From contig JAWXCN010000035.1 in the NCBI GenBank assembly GCA_034408725.1, positions 36,201 to 100,200 of the forward strand: a DNA stretch of 64,000 nt, written 5' to 3'. The DNA is from Candidatus Hydrogenedentota bacterium (lineage in GTDB: Bacteria > Hydrogenedentota > Hydrogenedentia > Hydrogenedentales > SLHB01). Under the pieces are notes generated by a model. It made no database searches and was not told where the DNA came from. It saw only the letters and a program-made list of their open reading frames with translations. A program made the translations under genes and the position numbers. This document shows positions 10,455-19,609 of the stretch, in pieces (position 1 is the first letter of the stretch; the number at the start of each line of letters is the position of its first letter).

Positions 10455-11040
10455 AAGAAATTGAAACCACGGAGGCTCGGAGGTCACGGGGGAAAAGAGG
10501 GGTTTTAACCACAGATTGCACAGATGGCACAGATTCAATTAAATGCAGGGGAAGAAATTGAAACCACGGAGACACGGAGAACACGGTGGGAAAGACCAAA
10601 GCACAGCTTTTCAAGAGGGGCTTTAACCACAGATTGCACAGATGGCACAGATTGAATTAAATGCAGGGGAAGAAATTGAAACCACGGGGACACGGGGAAC
10701 ACGGGGGAAAGACCAAAGCACAGCTTTTCAATGGGAGTTTTAACCACAGATTGCACAGATTGAATTAAATGCAGGGGAAGAAATTGAAACCACGGGGACA
10801 CGGAGAACACGGTGGGAAAGACCAAAGCAACAGCTCTTCAATGGGAGTTTTAACCACAGATTGCACAGATGGCACAGATTCAATTCAATTTAGGGGTAGA
10901 AATTGAAACCACGGGGACACGGGAACACGGTGGGAAAGACCAAAGCACAGCTTTTCAAGAGGAGTTTTAACCACAGATTTCACAGATGGCACAGATTGAA
11001 TTAAATGCCGGGATAATATTGAAACCACGGGGGGACACCG
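10455..11040. repeat. Tandem repeat of about 117 bp, about 5 copies, with internal 9-bp periodic sub-repeats
   Basis: TTAACCACAGATT at about 10505, 10623, 10740, 10850, 10967; each unit also has GAAACCACGG(A/G)GACACGG..AACACGG; the full units also carry GACCAAAGCA(A)CAGCT(T/C)TTCAA. Confidence 0.95.
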
Positions 11041-11060
11041 TGCGTAGGCGTGATTAAATC

Positions 11061-11104
11061 GGAGCTTTTCAAGAGCGCTTACCAAGTTTCCATCTGGTAA
11101 CGAG
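11061..11104. repeat. REP-like hairpin motif copy
   Basis: GGAGCTTTTCAAGAGCGCTTACCAAGTTTCCATCTGGTAACGAG. Confidence 0.8.
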
Positions 11105-11118
11105 AAAACCAAATGAAG

Positions 11119-11385
11119 CTAATCTGTGGGGTGTTCGGGATGGGGCGTGGCTGTTGCGTTTCCCGGCATTTCGGCTTTGTTTTTAAGGAGCGGTATTAAC
11201 GCTGCGACGCCACCCAGAATAGCGCCGACAACGGCACCGGCAGCGCCGAGGAAACTTCCAAGAAATATGGTCATCGGCAGGATGTCGGCGTGCGATCGGT
11301 CGCCAGCGGCGATGTTGAGCAGGACGAACGAAAGGGGAAAACCGGCACAAAAAGCTGTGAAGGAATACGTGATTGTGCGTAGCAT
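11119..11385 (-). CDS. Small membrane protein with glycine-zipper-like helix
   Basis: 88 aa, hydrophobic, GSFLGAAGAVVGAILGGVAA; GGAGA upstream. Confidence 0.6.
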   Translation of the reverse strand: MLRTITYSFTAFCAGFPLSFVLLNIAAGDRSHADILPMTIFLGSFLGAAGAVVGAILGGVAALIPLLKNKAEMPGNATATPHPEHPTD

Positions 11386-11548
11386 GAATCATCTCCCGGG
11401 AACGCAGTCCAACGGGCAACAAAGGCCGCCGGGCAATTGCGCGTCAAATTTGTGTCACAAAGTACTTTACCATACAAAAAAGTCCTTATCAACTGGCTGC
11501 TTGGTCCATTAGAGGGGAAATATTGAAACCACGGGGACACGGGGAAAA

Positions 11549-11743
11549 GATCAAAGCGGAGCTTTTCAAGAGCGCGTGACCAAATGGAAATTTGGTCACG
11601 AGATATGGCCTTTTCAGGAGTGCGTGACCGAATGGAAATTTGATCACGAGATATGGCCTTTTCAGGAGTGCGTGACCGAATGGAAATTTGGTCAGGAGTA
11701 ATGGCTTTACAAGAGTGTCCGACCAGAAATTTGGTCACGAGAT
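11549..11743. repeat. Four tandem 45-54 bp copies of REP-like hairpin motif
   Basis: CTTTTCA(A/G)GAG..CGTGACC(A/G)AATGGAAATTTGGTCACGAG; 11-bp stem CGTGACCAAAT/ATTTGGTCACG with GGAA loop. Confidence 0.9.
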
Positions 11744-11837
11744 AATAGGGTGGGCGCGGCGTGGGATCTTCGGCAGGGTGGTTTGCCCGGCAAGCCTTTG
11801 CACAGGTAGGCTTCGACATGATTAAAGATAAAAGGCG

Positions 11838-12032
11838 ATGCTTAGCACGATTAAAGCAGTGATGAAGGACGGAAAGATCGAACTTTTGGAGCAGATTGAA
11901 ATTCCAGAGGGGTCGTCGATTCTTGTCACGGTGCTTGCCGACGACGAGGAGCTGAAGGTCAGCGAGCCGTCGTTGGCTTCGATATGGGACAACGACGCGG
12001 ACGACACGTATACGCAGCTACTTGATCGGTGA
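11838..12032 (+). CDS. Antitoxin-like protein (AF2212/DUF104-type), copy 1, with 9-nt internal deletion relative to copy 2
   Basis: MLSTIKAVMKDGKIELLEQIEIPEGS..LVTVL; SLASIWDNDADD.Y C-terminus typical of MazF/PemK partners. Confidence 0.7.
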   Translation: MLSTIKAVMKDGKIELLEQIEIPEGSSILVTVLADDEELKVSEPSLASIWDNDADDTYTQLLDR

Positions 12033-12211
12033 GGTCGTTTAGTTGGTTATGCCGCGGTCGTTCTTGCGCGCAAACAAAAATGGCGATAGGGTGGGCTCAA
12101 TTCGTAGTCTGTCCCTCAATTCCTCCTCAATTCCCCCAGAGCATTGCGGGGAGGGGAGTTTTGTCCACAGATTACGCAGATGGACACAGATTTGGTTCAA
12201 GAAAATGACGG

Positions 12212-12265
12212 GATCAAAGCGGAGCTTTTCAGGAGTGCGTGATTAAATGGAAATTTGGTCACGAG
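12212..12265. repeat. REP-like hairpin motif copy
   Basis: GATCAAAGCGGAGCTTTTCAGGAGTGCGTGATTAAATGGAAATTTGGTCACGAG. Confidence 0.85.
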
Positions 12266-12361
12266 ATAATAGGGTGGGCGCGGCGTGGGATCTTCGGCAG
12301 GGTGGTTTGCCCGGCAAGCCTTTGCACAGGTAGACGTAGATACGGATAAAGGTAAACGGCG

Positions 12362-12565
12362 ATGCTTAACACGATTAAAGCAGTGATGAAGGACGGAAAG
12401 ATCGAACTTTTGGAGCAGATTGAAATTCCAGAGGGGTCGTCGATTCTTGCCACAGTGCTTGCCGACGACGAGGAGGAATTCTGGCTGAAGGTGAGCGAGT
12501 CGTCGTTGGGTTCGATATGGGACAACAACGCGAACGACACGTATGCGGAGCTACTCGATCGGTGA
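12362..12565 (+). CDS. Antitoxin-like protein (AF2212/DUF104-type), copy 2
   Basis: Near-identical paralog of 11838..12032; overlaps the toxin start. Confidence 0.75.
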   Translation: MLNTIKAVMKDGKIELLEQIEIPEGSSILATVLADDEEEFWLKVSESSLGSIWDNNANDTYAELLDR

Positions 12566-12620
12566 TGTCGTTTTAGTTCGCTTTCCGTTTTCGGATATTT
12601 CAACTTCGAAAGTTCGATCC
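12543..12620 (+). pseudogene. Truncated PemK/MazF family toxin
   Basis: MRSYSIGDVVLVRFPFSDISTSKVR is the canonical MazF N-terminus; similarity stops after about 25 codons. Confidence 0.8.
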
Positions 12621-12711
12621 GCCGATTTAATCAGTGCTGCTGAAGTAATTACGGGTGGGTGTCAAAAAACGAGGCTGTCCCTATCATGTTCGTGTTTTTC
12701 CTGTGGCGAAG

Positions 12712-13377
12712 TTACGCGCCACAAACAACATGTGGGATTTTTCTTTCCTTCGCGGTGATAGTATTGACGAATCCTAAATTGCTTGTTGGAATCTTGGCGC
12801 TGTATTTTCGGGAAGCCGTGTTGTAGAAGTTTCTCAATATGAAGCCGCCGAAAGCCAGCGGTCCGAGAGGTGAGCAGACGGGTATTCGGCAGTTTGTATA
12901 TTGGCCGAGCGTTAGGTGGGAGTACGGGTGGTCAACCTCCACAAACTTCTTATCGTCGTTGCTAAAATCGAAACGGATAGGGAACGGCACAATGTTCTTC
13001 GCAACGACTTCCGCGTAGATCTCATCGTCAAGATAGACCTCGGGATCGTTCTGGAAATGTTCCAAGTCCGGAGACGGGAAGTATGAGAGAGAATGTTCGC
13101 AGATGACTCCGACCAAAAAACGGTAACGCAAAAAAATCAACGCGCCGTCCAGCATCTTAAAATTGAAGCACTGCGCTTTCTCCAATTCCCAGTAGACGTC
13201 ACGATAAGGCAAATTCTTTAGTGCGACGCTCATTCGTGCGGCAGAGCTCACTGAAATTTCGAACGCGGCATTAGCATTCCCCCGCGTCGTTGGGAAATGT
13301 TGCTCGTTCGAAAGGCTCAATCCCACCAAAGCCTCGGTGAGTTGATAGATCTCTTTTAGCGTTTGTTTTGGTGTCAT
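12712..13377 (-). CDS. DUF2290 family protein (partner of the Helicase+DUF2290 anti-phage system)
   Basis: FNFKMLDGALI, YFPSPDL, PIRFDF, HPYSHLTLGQYTNCRIPVCSPL, FILRNFY motifs; ATGA overlap with helicase. Confidence 0.85.
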   Translation of the reverse strand: MTPKQTLKEIYQLTEALVGLSLSNEQHFPTTRGNANAAFEISVSSAARMSVALKNLPYRDVYWELEKAQCFNFKMLDGALIFLRYRFLVGVICEHSLSYFPSPDLEHFQNDPEVYLDDEIYAEVVAKNIVPFPIRFDFSNDDKKFVEVDHPYSHLTLGQYTNCRIPVCSPLGPLAFGGFILRNFYNTASRKYSAKIPTSNLGFVNTITAKERKIPHVVCGA

Positions 13378-15518
13378 TTCCGGCGACTTCTGGTCTTTTT
13401 GGCAAGAACATTTTGAAGCTTCTTCACCAGTTCTTCGGGGTAGTCTTCGATAACGCTATCTCCTGAATCTAAAGATTCGATAATGTCGACGAAATTGATC
13501 TTGCGTTTATTGTATCGGTCCTGTTCCGCTTTCGACATGTCACGGTTTACGGTCATCATTGTCTTCCGCTCTGGTTCAGTTGGGTAGACGAAGTGCAGCG
13601 CGAAATTTTCCGCTTTCACCTTGTCAAATTCCCTCTTTAGAGCCAACATGTCCTTCCCGACACCAAGAACTCGCACCCATGCCTTTGAGCGAGTGATGGC
13701 CGTGAAGAGGCGGTTTCGGACGCGTGCGACATCCCTTGGAGAAAACCCTCCAAAACAATCCTGTGCGTTGATCACATAAACCATCGCAGCCTCATTCCCC
13801 TTCGCGCGGAAGATCCCGGTAAAAGTCACAGTCCCTGGTTCGGTGAAAACATCGGCAATCGTCGTCACTCCAGCGAGGTTCGAGTTGATTCCCATCTGCA
13901 TCAGCATACGTCGGGCCTCCCCGACTGCATCCTTGGTTTTTATCGGATCAGGATTAATGACGACAATGTCGTCAGGAATAAGTTCGTCCTCACTCAGGTT
14001 CTGCTTAATCTGCCCGACGAGCCACGCAGTCTGTGCTTCTGCCGTCTCGAAGGCTTCAAACTGAATCAAGTCCTCCACGGAGGAATGTTTCTCCAAAAAT
14101 TCAGGACTGGATTGCGGCGTGCGACTGAGAGTCACGAATTCGCCGTCTTTGATTTCTCCATTGGCCTCTTGATAGCCAATGTCGAACCATAGGTTTTTAT
14201 TTTCGAAGATCTGAACAAGGCCCTTAGCATGGTAAACCCCAAACCCAAGCGCATGAGCCGTGGACAGAACAGGCCGGGAGTTGCGGTAACAGGTGTCGAG
14301 GATGATGTCCTGCTTGGGCTTGCCTGTCTCGGGTGGGTGGATGACGACGCGGGCAGTTCCATCCACGTTTTTCCCGAAGATTTCTTCGGTAGGAGGAAGT
14401 GACCTGTTCCCGAGATTCTGCAGCTCATCGTATGCGTAGACAAGGCGCTTCGGGTCCTTGAGGTATTCGAAACAGAGCAGCAAAAAGTTTGGCGCAAAAT
14501 CTTGGGCCTCATCGACCAGAATCGCGTCGTATTTTGGTACGAACTGTTTGACTCCTTCAAGGGCCGCTTCACACGATCCTTCAAATGCTTTGTCGGATCC
14601 GAAGCGATTTTTGGCAGTTCCAAAATCCTGATACTCCACGCCGTGATCCTGGCAAAACTCGTAATAAATGCCAGTGCGGTCAGTTCCGCCCGGTGCCCCC
14701 CATGCATTTAAGATGCGGATTTTGTCCCAGTCTGGCTCTTCGTTTGCCTGTTCCAGCACGAAGGTCGTAATGAGGTTTTCGAACTGTTTTTTCAGCGACC
14801 GCGTGTTGAATGTCACTGCGATCAACCAGTCCCGATGGCGGGCATGCAAGTATGCGACCTTCAAAGCCAAAACGATAGTTTTGCCACATCCGGCTAGACC
14901 ACGAATTCGCTGAACCCCTTCGTATGTTTCGACTACTGCGGCGCTTTGCTCGCTGTCGAGGTTGGCGATTGAATCCTCCAGCGCCTTTATCTTAGTGCCT
15001 CTTGACCTTTGGTTGTGCAGCTCGCGCTTTTTCCGGCCCCTTCGCAATGTTGAGATAGCTTGAATTACCGAAACCAGTGCGGGAAAAACCTCCCGGTCAA
15101 TAACATCCATTTTTTCGATAGCCGAAACCAAATTGTCGCCATTACAGAGAAGATGCTCTCCGTCAGCTTCAATTTGCGGAATGGCAGGCGCGAAAGTGAC
15201 AGTATGAATGTCAACAAGCAGATTCCGTTTGCGGGTCAGACTTTGATGCTGAAGCAGCTTTGCATACATCTTTTTAAAGCTTTCGTCTTGCGCCTCTACG
15301 TAGTCCGGAAGAACCTTACCTTCAACCACACCGAATAAAACGAGGCCTTTGGTCGGCGAGACAAGTAACGCATCGATCGGAAAGGAACCTTCAGGCGTTC
15401 CAATTATTGGGTATCCAATGTAGAGAGTGCCTTCGAGGTCCGCCTGCGCACCGAGGAGATGGGCGAGCCGCTTGGTCGCAACAGGCTTATCTGTGCTGCC
15501 CCATACAATATTGATCAT
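13374..15518 (-). CDS. Superfamily 1 (UvrD-like) helicase with N-terminal nuclease-like region
   Basis: RIRGLAGCGKT Walker A, ILVDEAQD Walker B, YDELQNL, CYRN, RAKGNEA, LFTAITRSK. Confidence 0.9.
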   Translation of the reverse strand: MINIVWGSTDKPVATKRLAHLLGAQADLEGTLYIGYPIIGTPEGSFPIDALLVSPTKGLVLFGVVEGKVLPDYVEAQDESFKKMYAKLLQHQSLTRKRNLLVDIHTVTFAPAIPQIEADGEHLLCNGDNLVSAIEKMDVIDREVFPALVSVIQAISTLRRGRKKRELHNQRSRGTKIKALEDSIANLDSEQSAAVVETYEGVQRIRGLAGCGKTIVLALKVAYLHARHRDWLIAVTFNTRSLKKQFENLITTFVLEQANEEPDWDKIRILNAWGAPGGTDRTGIYYEFCQDHGVEYQDFGTAKNRFGSDKAFEGSCEAALEGVKQFVPKYDAILVDEAQDFAPNFLLLCFEYLKDPKRLVYAYDELQNLGNRSLPPTEEIFGKNVDGTARVVIHPPETGKPKQDIILDTCYRNSRPVLSTAHALGFGVYHAKGLVQIFENKNLWFDIGYQEANGEIKDGEFVTLSRTPQSSPEFLEKHSSVEDLIQFEAFETAEAQTAWLVGQIKQNLSEDELIPDDIVVINPDPIKTKDAVGEARRMLMQMGINSNLAGVTTIADVFTEPGTVTFTGIFRAKGNEAAMVYVINAQDCFGGFSPRDVARVRNRLFTAITRSKAWVRVLGVGKDMLALKREFDKVKAENFALHFVYPTEPERKTMMTVNRDMSKAEQDRYNKRKINFVDIIESLDSGDSVIEDYPEELVKKLQNVLAKKTRSRRK

Positions 15519-16047
15519 GGCATTGCTCAGTTTGTTTGTTGATTTTTTTTGTTGCCACGTAGGCGTCGCGAAAATAAAAATTTGCGTAGGATAGCAAGGG
15601 TGTGGGACCGAGGTCTGTTGAGTTTGATCTGAAAGTCTATCTTGCCCAACGCCGGTGCAAGATTTCCTGAATTTCGACTGGAGAAAGCATAATCAGCTAA
15701 TGGTTGACAGATGTAATTTACGGAGTAGCTATATTCTGAAACTTCGTCTCGTAAAGGTGCATCCCTCTGTGTTGTTGACGTGCGAGCGAAAGTGCTGTTT
15801 GTGGAGATAACACCGAACTGCACGGCCATTGACGGGTCCTCCCCCTGACGTTAAAGCGATACGGTAGCCACACTGTAGCCGCAGGAGGACTACAGATCAA
15901 GGAAGATTCAGACTTGATTCTCGCGTCGTTCAGTTGAGAGAGAGTCTTCTCCTTAAACGCCGCGCGGTTGTCCGTTCCCTTGCCAGTAACTAGTCGCTGG
16001 GGCTCAATGAGGAATGCTCAATTTGTCCGTGCATGTCATGACCACCG

Positions 16048-17031
16048 CTAGAACGGAATTTCATCTTCCACACCAAAATCGGTCGGCGGAGGCGTGGAAC
16101 CTTTTGGCAAAGCTAGGTTTGAAACGACATACAAATTCAGAATGTCTTCACGATCCACGAATAGAATCTGGCTTCGCTTAGTAGCATCCAGCTTTCCACC
16201 CAGCCAGTTTTTGGCCTGTTTCGTGATTTCACCGCCCGCTACGATGAAGGCATGATCGACGAGCACCTTTTTGCTGGTTTCTGGATCGAAGATTTCGTGC
16301 CCCAACATCATCAAAAGTTGATTGAGTATCTCCGCGATGTTGGAGTTGCACCCTTGGGTGCTACCGGCGGCATCGAGTTTGCCTTTCTTTACTTGCAAGC
16401 CAAAATAGAGAACGTGCTGAGTTGGCAAGACAAAGCGCATCCACATATCCTTTCCGTATTCGAGTGCTTTGTCCTTGTGTCCAGCGACCGAAATGCGCTG
16501 GAAACCTAGTTGTCGGAAGAGAGGAAGCAGCACTTCTTCAATCAGGTTGTCTTCCGAGCAACTATCGAGGTAACTCGACAAATTTTCCCTTTTTCGCATC
16601 TCGTCAGGCGTGAACGGTCGGTGAGGTGAATTTGCTATTGAAAGAGTTTGTGTCCCGATGTGACGAACGTAGAGGAGGTTGTCATCGCCGAAGAATGCTT
16701 CAAAACCTTCACGGCTCAAAGGTTTGTTTAGCTCTGCGAGCGCACTCATGCGATCTGGATCGTTGTCTGCCGCATCCCCTTTCTGCATTAGAACTCGGAG
16801 AACGTGAACGAAGCGCGGGGGCAACGTACTTGGCGCATTTTGTGGTTCACTTAGCAACTCGCCCAAACGATCCGCTGTCCATGCCCATCGGGTCGTTCCA
16901 TCATGTACGACATCTAAATCGCATTCTTCAAAAAACTGAGTTATGCGACTGCTGGAGCGATAAGGAAAATTGACATTGTCCCCAATGACCATTTCTGCCA
17001 AAGCGCGAAGGTTACGGTTCTTGAATTTCAT
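16048..17031 (-). CDS. Putative defence nuclease: N-terminal sensor-like domain + Mrr-like PD-(D/E)xK endonuclease
   Basis: E...LLPLFRQLGF...EYGKDMW...YFGLQVKKG (D...QxK) Mrr-type pattern; N-terminus YRSSSRITQFF reminiscent of AbiJ-type N-terminal domains (from memory). Confidence 0.7.
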   Translation of the reverse strand: MKFKNRNLRALAEMVIGDNVNFPYRSSSRITQFFEECDLDVVHDGTTRWAWTADRLGELLSEPQNAPSTLPPRFVHVLRVLMQKGDAADNDPDRMSALAELNKPLSREGFEAFFGDDNLLYVRHIGTQTLSIANSPHRPFTPDEMRKRENLSSYLDSCSEDNLIEEVLLPLFRQLGFQRISVAGHKDKALEYGKDMWMRFVLPTQHVLYFGLQVKKGKLDAAGSTQGCNSNIAEILNQLLMMLGHEIFDPETSKKVLVDHAFIVAGGEITKQAKNWLGGKLDATKRSQILFVDREDILNLYVVSNLALPKGSTPPPTDFGVEDEIPF

Positions 17032-17387
17032 GCACAACTCTTAGTGGATATGGAGGTAAGGTACTTCCGTGTGCTTGGACGCATCGTGAGCCGACAGTTC
17101 CCGGCGGCCATTGCGGGCTGATGGCGTGTCGAGTTTGTTTACCTTCGGAGCGATTTGCATGGCGGTGGCCTTTCGCAACCGTGGCCGATTTCATCGATGT
17201 TTTACCTTCCATTCCCTTCGCCTCAACCAGCTTTTATAAGGTGATTATACTTTTTATGTGTAGTCGGTTAACAAGGTCGTTGCTCGAGTCGTGGCTGGAA
17301 CGAAGCGGAGCTTCCGTAGCGCGTGCGTCCCAAGCGCAGCTTGTTAATGTAGATTGGAAAATGACACGCTAACGACGTGAATTGGAA

Positions 17388-17441
17388 GATCAAAAGGGAG
17401 CTTTTCAAGAGTGCATTACCAAATGGAAATTTGGTAACGAG
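17388..17441. repeat. REP-like hairpin motif copy closing the defence hotspot
   Basis: GATCAAAAGGGAGCTTTTCAAGAGTGCATTACCAAATGGAAATTTGGTAACGAG. Confidence 0.85.
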
Positions 17442-18241
17442 GAAGATCAGGAGTGCAATGGGTTGGGCTATTGATCGGCGGTAGGTGAAATAAAGCCCTG
17501 GAGTTTTTGAGCGATGGACCGAATGGTTGAGCAGCTGGGCGGGCGGTCGTGGTTGTGCGCGATCGCGCCGGGGATGCGCGGGGGCTCTCTAAGGCGGTGA
17601 AACGAAAGCGGACGGCAGAAGTCAAGGCGAAGCGAGTACGAGCACGACCACGAGATGGGAAGATCGAGTGCAATAGTGTGGGCAGTAGATCGGGGAATAT
17701 GACGTAAACGATTGGAGAAGTCGGTAGCGATGGGACGTCGGTCAAGACATTTTCCGGATTTAAGTCTGGTGAACGTGCGAATGGCTGCGGAGAAGTGTCC
17801 GCGTCAGAGTCGCGGGCGGAGTTTGCGTCGGAGTATTTTCGGGATCGGCGGGGGAAGGCTTGGTGTGTGCGGGGGTATCAGGGGCTTTCTTTGGAGTCGC
17901 GGGCGTTGCGCAAAGTTCACTGCGACGGCCGCGACGTGGGGAAGACGTCGGAGATTGAGATTGTGGCGGCGTGGGCTTCGGTGGCGTTGCCGAATCGGGA
18001 GATGTTGATTGCGACGCAGTGCGAGAACCATTTATTTCCGTTGATGGATTGTATAACCAAGTCCACATGCTGTCAACGCGCGCCTGTATCGCATCTCCCT
18101 ATCTCTGTAATCTGCGGACAATACTCCCAATAACCACCCACGCATTGACTCAGTCATCTGCGGAACCCGATACCCCGATACCCGAAACCCGCCTTCCCAC
18201 ATGCAACGCCACGCCCCATATAAGTAAGGAGAACTACAACC

Positions 18242-19458
18242 ATGCCTATAAACGCAACCACCAACGCCGGCACCCCCTGTGCCCGCTCATGGACCCAGTC
18301 CTGGGTCGAAACCGTCAACACAACCGAAACCCAGCTAAATCACCGCATCTGCGGCGCGCGCCTCCCCGACGCGACACCCTGCACCAACACGTCGGAGCAT
18401 CCCTCAGGCCGCTGCCCATTCACGGCGGCTTCGACCTCACCGGAGCACCCCCCGGCAACCGCAACGCCGTCATCCACGGCATCTACTCCCGCCGACTTCG
18501 AACCTGCTCTGCGAGCTGTCCATTCTGGAAAACCTGCCCCATCGCCAACCCCAACCGAAAACTAACCGATCCGTCCACACCATCTACACCGTCCCCGGAT
18601 CCCGAAACTTGTCCGCTGATCTGTCCATATCAATTAACCGAATACAACACCGTCCTCACCGACGCCCTCGCCATCGTAGAATCCCAGCCTCACCCAAACC
18701 CGATGGGCATCCACGCCGCCCACAACGTCGCCACGCTACAAGTCCTCGTCAGTTCCGCTGCTACCCACCTCGCAAACAACATCACTGACTCCGAAACCGA
18801 CACCTCAGACCCCGCTAACACCAATTCGATCATCGCGTTCACCCGACTCATGCGCGAGCTCAGAGCGTCCATCAGAACACTCGCCAGTCCCCAGCACACC
18901 CCTTTTATTCGTCAAAACAATTTCGCAGCCCCTACCCCAGAGGGCATTTTCCGCCACGCCCAACGCGCGCAGCACGATACCGGCCTCGACCCTGACTCCA
19001 TCGCCGATGCCCAGCTCCCGCCGCAAACCAACGAAACCCATGCGCACGGTTATTTGCAGCATGCTATTGAGGCAGGAGCGCAGGGACGCGACGTGGAAAT
19101 GTGCGAGGCCTTCGACAATGCCGCCCGGCTCGACGAGCCTCTCGCGGAAATGGAACGCGACCACGTCCTCGCGTGTTACCGACCTGCTAAGCAAAGCGTG
19201 TCCGAAGAACTGGCCGCTGCCATTCTTGGCAATCTCCATTTGCCGCCACTGCCCAAATTAGACGAAAACGGCGACGCGCTCCCGACCGAACGCGAACTGA
19301 TCGAAAGGTCCAACAAATTCACCGAGCAATACCTCGACCTATTCCAGCGCGGCAAAATCCCGCCCGAAGCGTTCCCCCTAGACTCGAAAATTCGGAAACT
19401 GGCCGAAGCCATTTTCGATCAGGAGTCCACAGCTCCCGAACCCGTGGAGTCCGCATAA
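18242..19458 (+). pseudogene. HGGxSTG-type zinc-finger domain protein, frameshifted at about 18420
   Basis: RBS AAGGAG then ATG 18242; CGARLPDATPC...SGRCPF in one frame continues as HGGFDLTGAPPGNRNAVIHGIYS in another; one base missing in CCATTCACGGC. Confidence 0.75.
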
Positions 19459-19478
19459 AATGTCAGCGCGGGGTCGGA

Positions 19479-19508
19479 TTGACTCGTATTTTCCGGCGGT
19501 GCTACCAT
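19479..19508 (+). promoter_or_regulatory. Putative sigma70 promoter of cysK-metY-metXW
   Basis: TTGACT-18 bp-TACCAT with extended TG. Confidence 0.5.
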
Positions 19509-19609
19509 TTGCTCCAAACTGTCTCAGGAGCCATGAGCCGCGCGTATGCCCAGTTGGCGCAACGCGGACACGCTCGCCCACAACTGAACGAATTCCGGAG
19601 GACGTCCAC

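Noticed and set aside
10337-11112. ORFs with repeated FPVSPWFQF / SVQSVVK peptides
   Set aside because: Translations of the non-coding tandem repeat, with frames broken between units
10455-11743. CRISPR array
   Set aside because: Sequence between repeat boxes is itself repeated (no unique spacers), unit lengths of 117 and 48 bp are tandem, and there are no cas genes in the window
15527-16040. Additional gene between helicase and nuclease
   Set aside because: Short ORFs without RBS or recognisable motifs; may be a decayed remnant but cannot be supported
17086-17205. Integron attC site upstream of the Mrr-like gene
   Set aside because: Only a short CGGCCA/TGGCCG inverted repeat; no convincing RYYYAAC/GTTRRRY boxes and no integron integrase
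17971-18241. N-terminal extension of the 495-aa ORF
   Set aside because: The RBS and domain start lie at 18242 in another frame; the extension is an artefact of the frameshift
19510-19609. SAM riboswitch ahead of cysK-metY-metX
   Set aside because: No SAM-I core (AUC..GAG...GCAACC...GUGC) or terminator recognised
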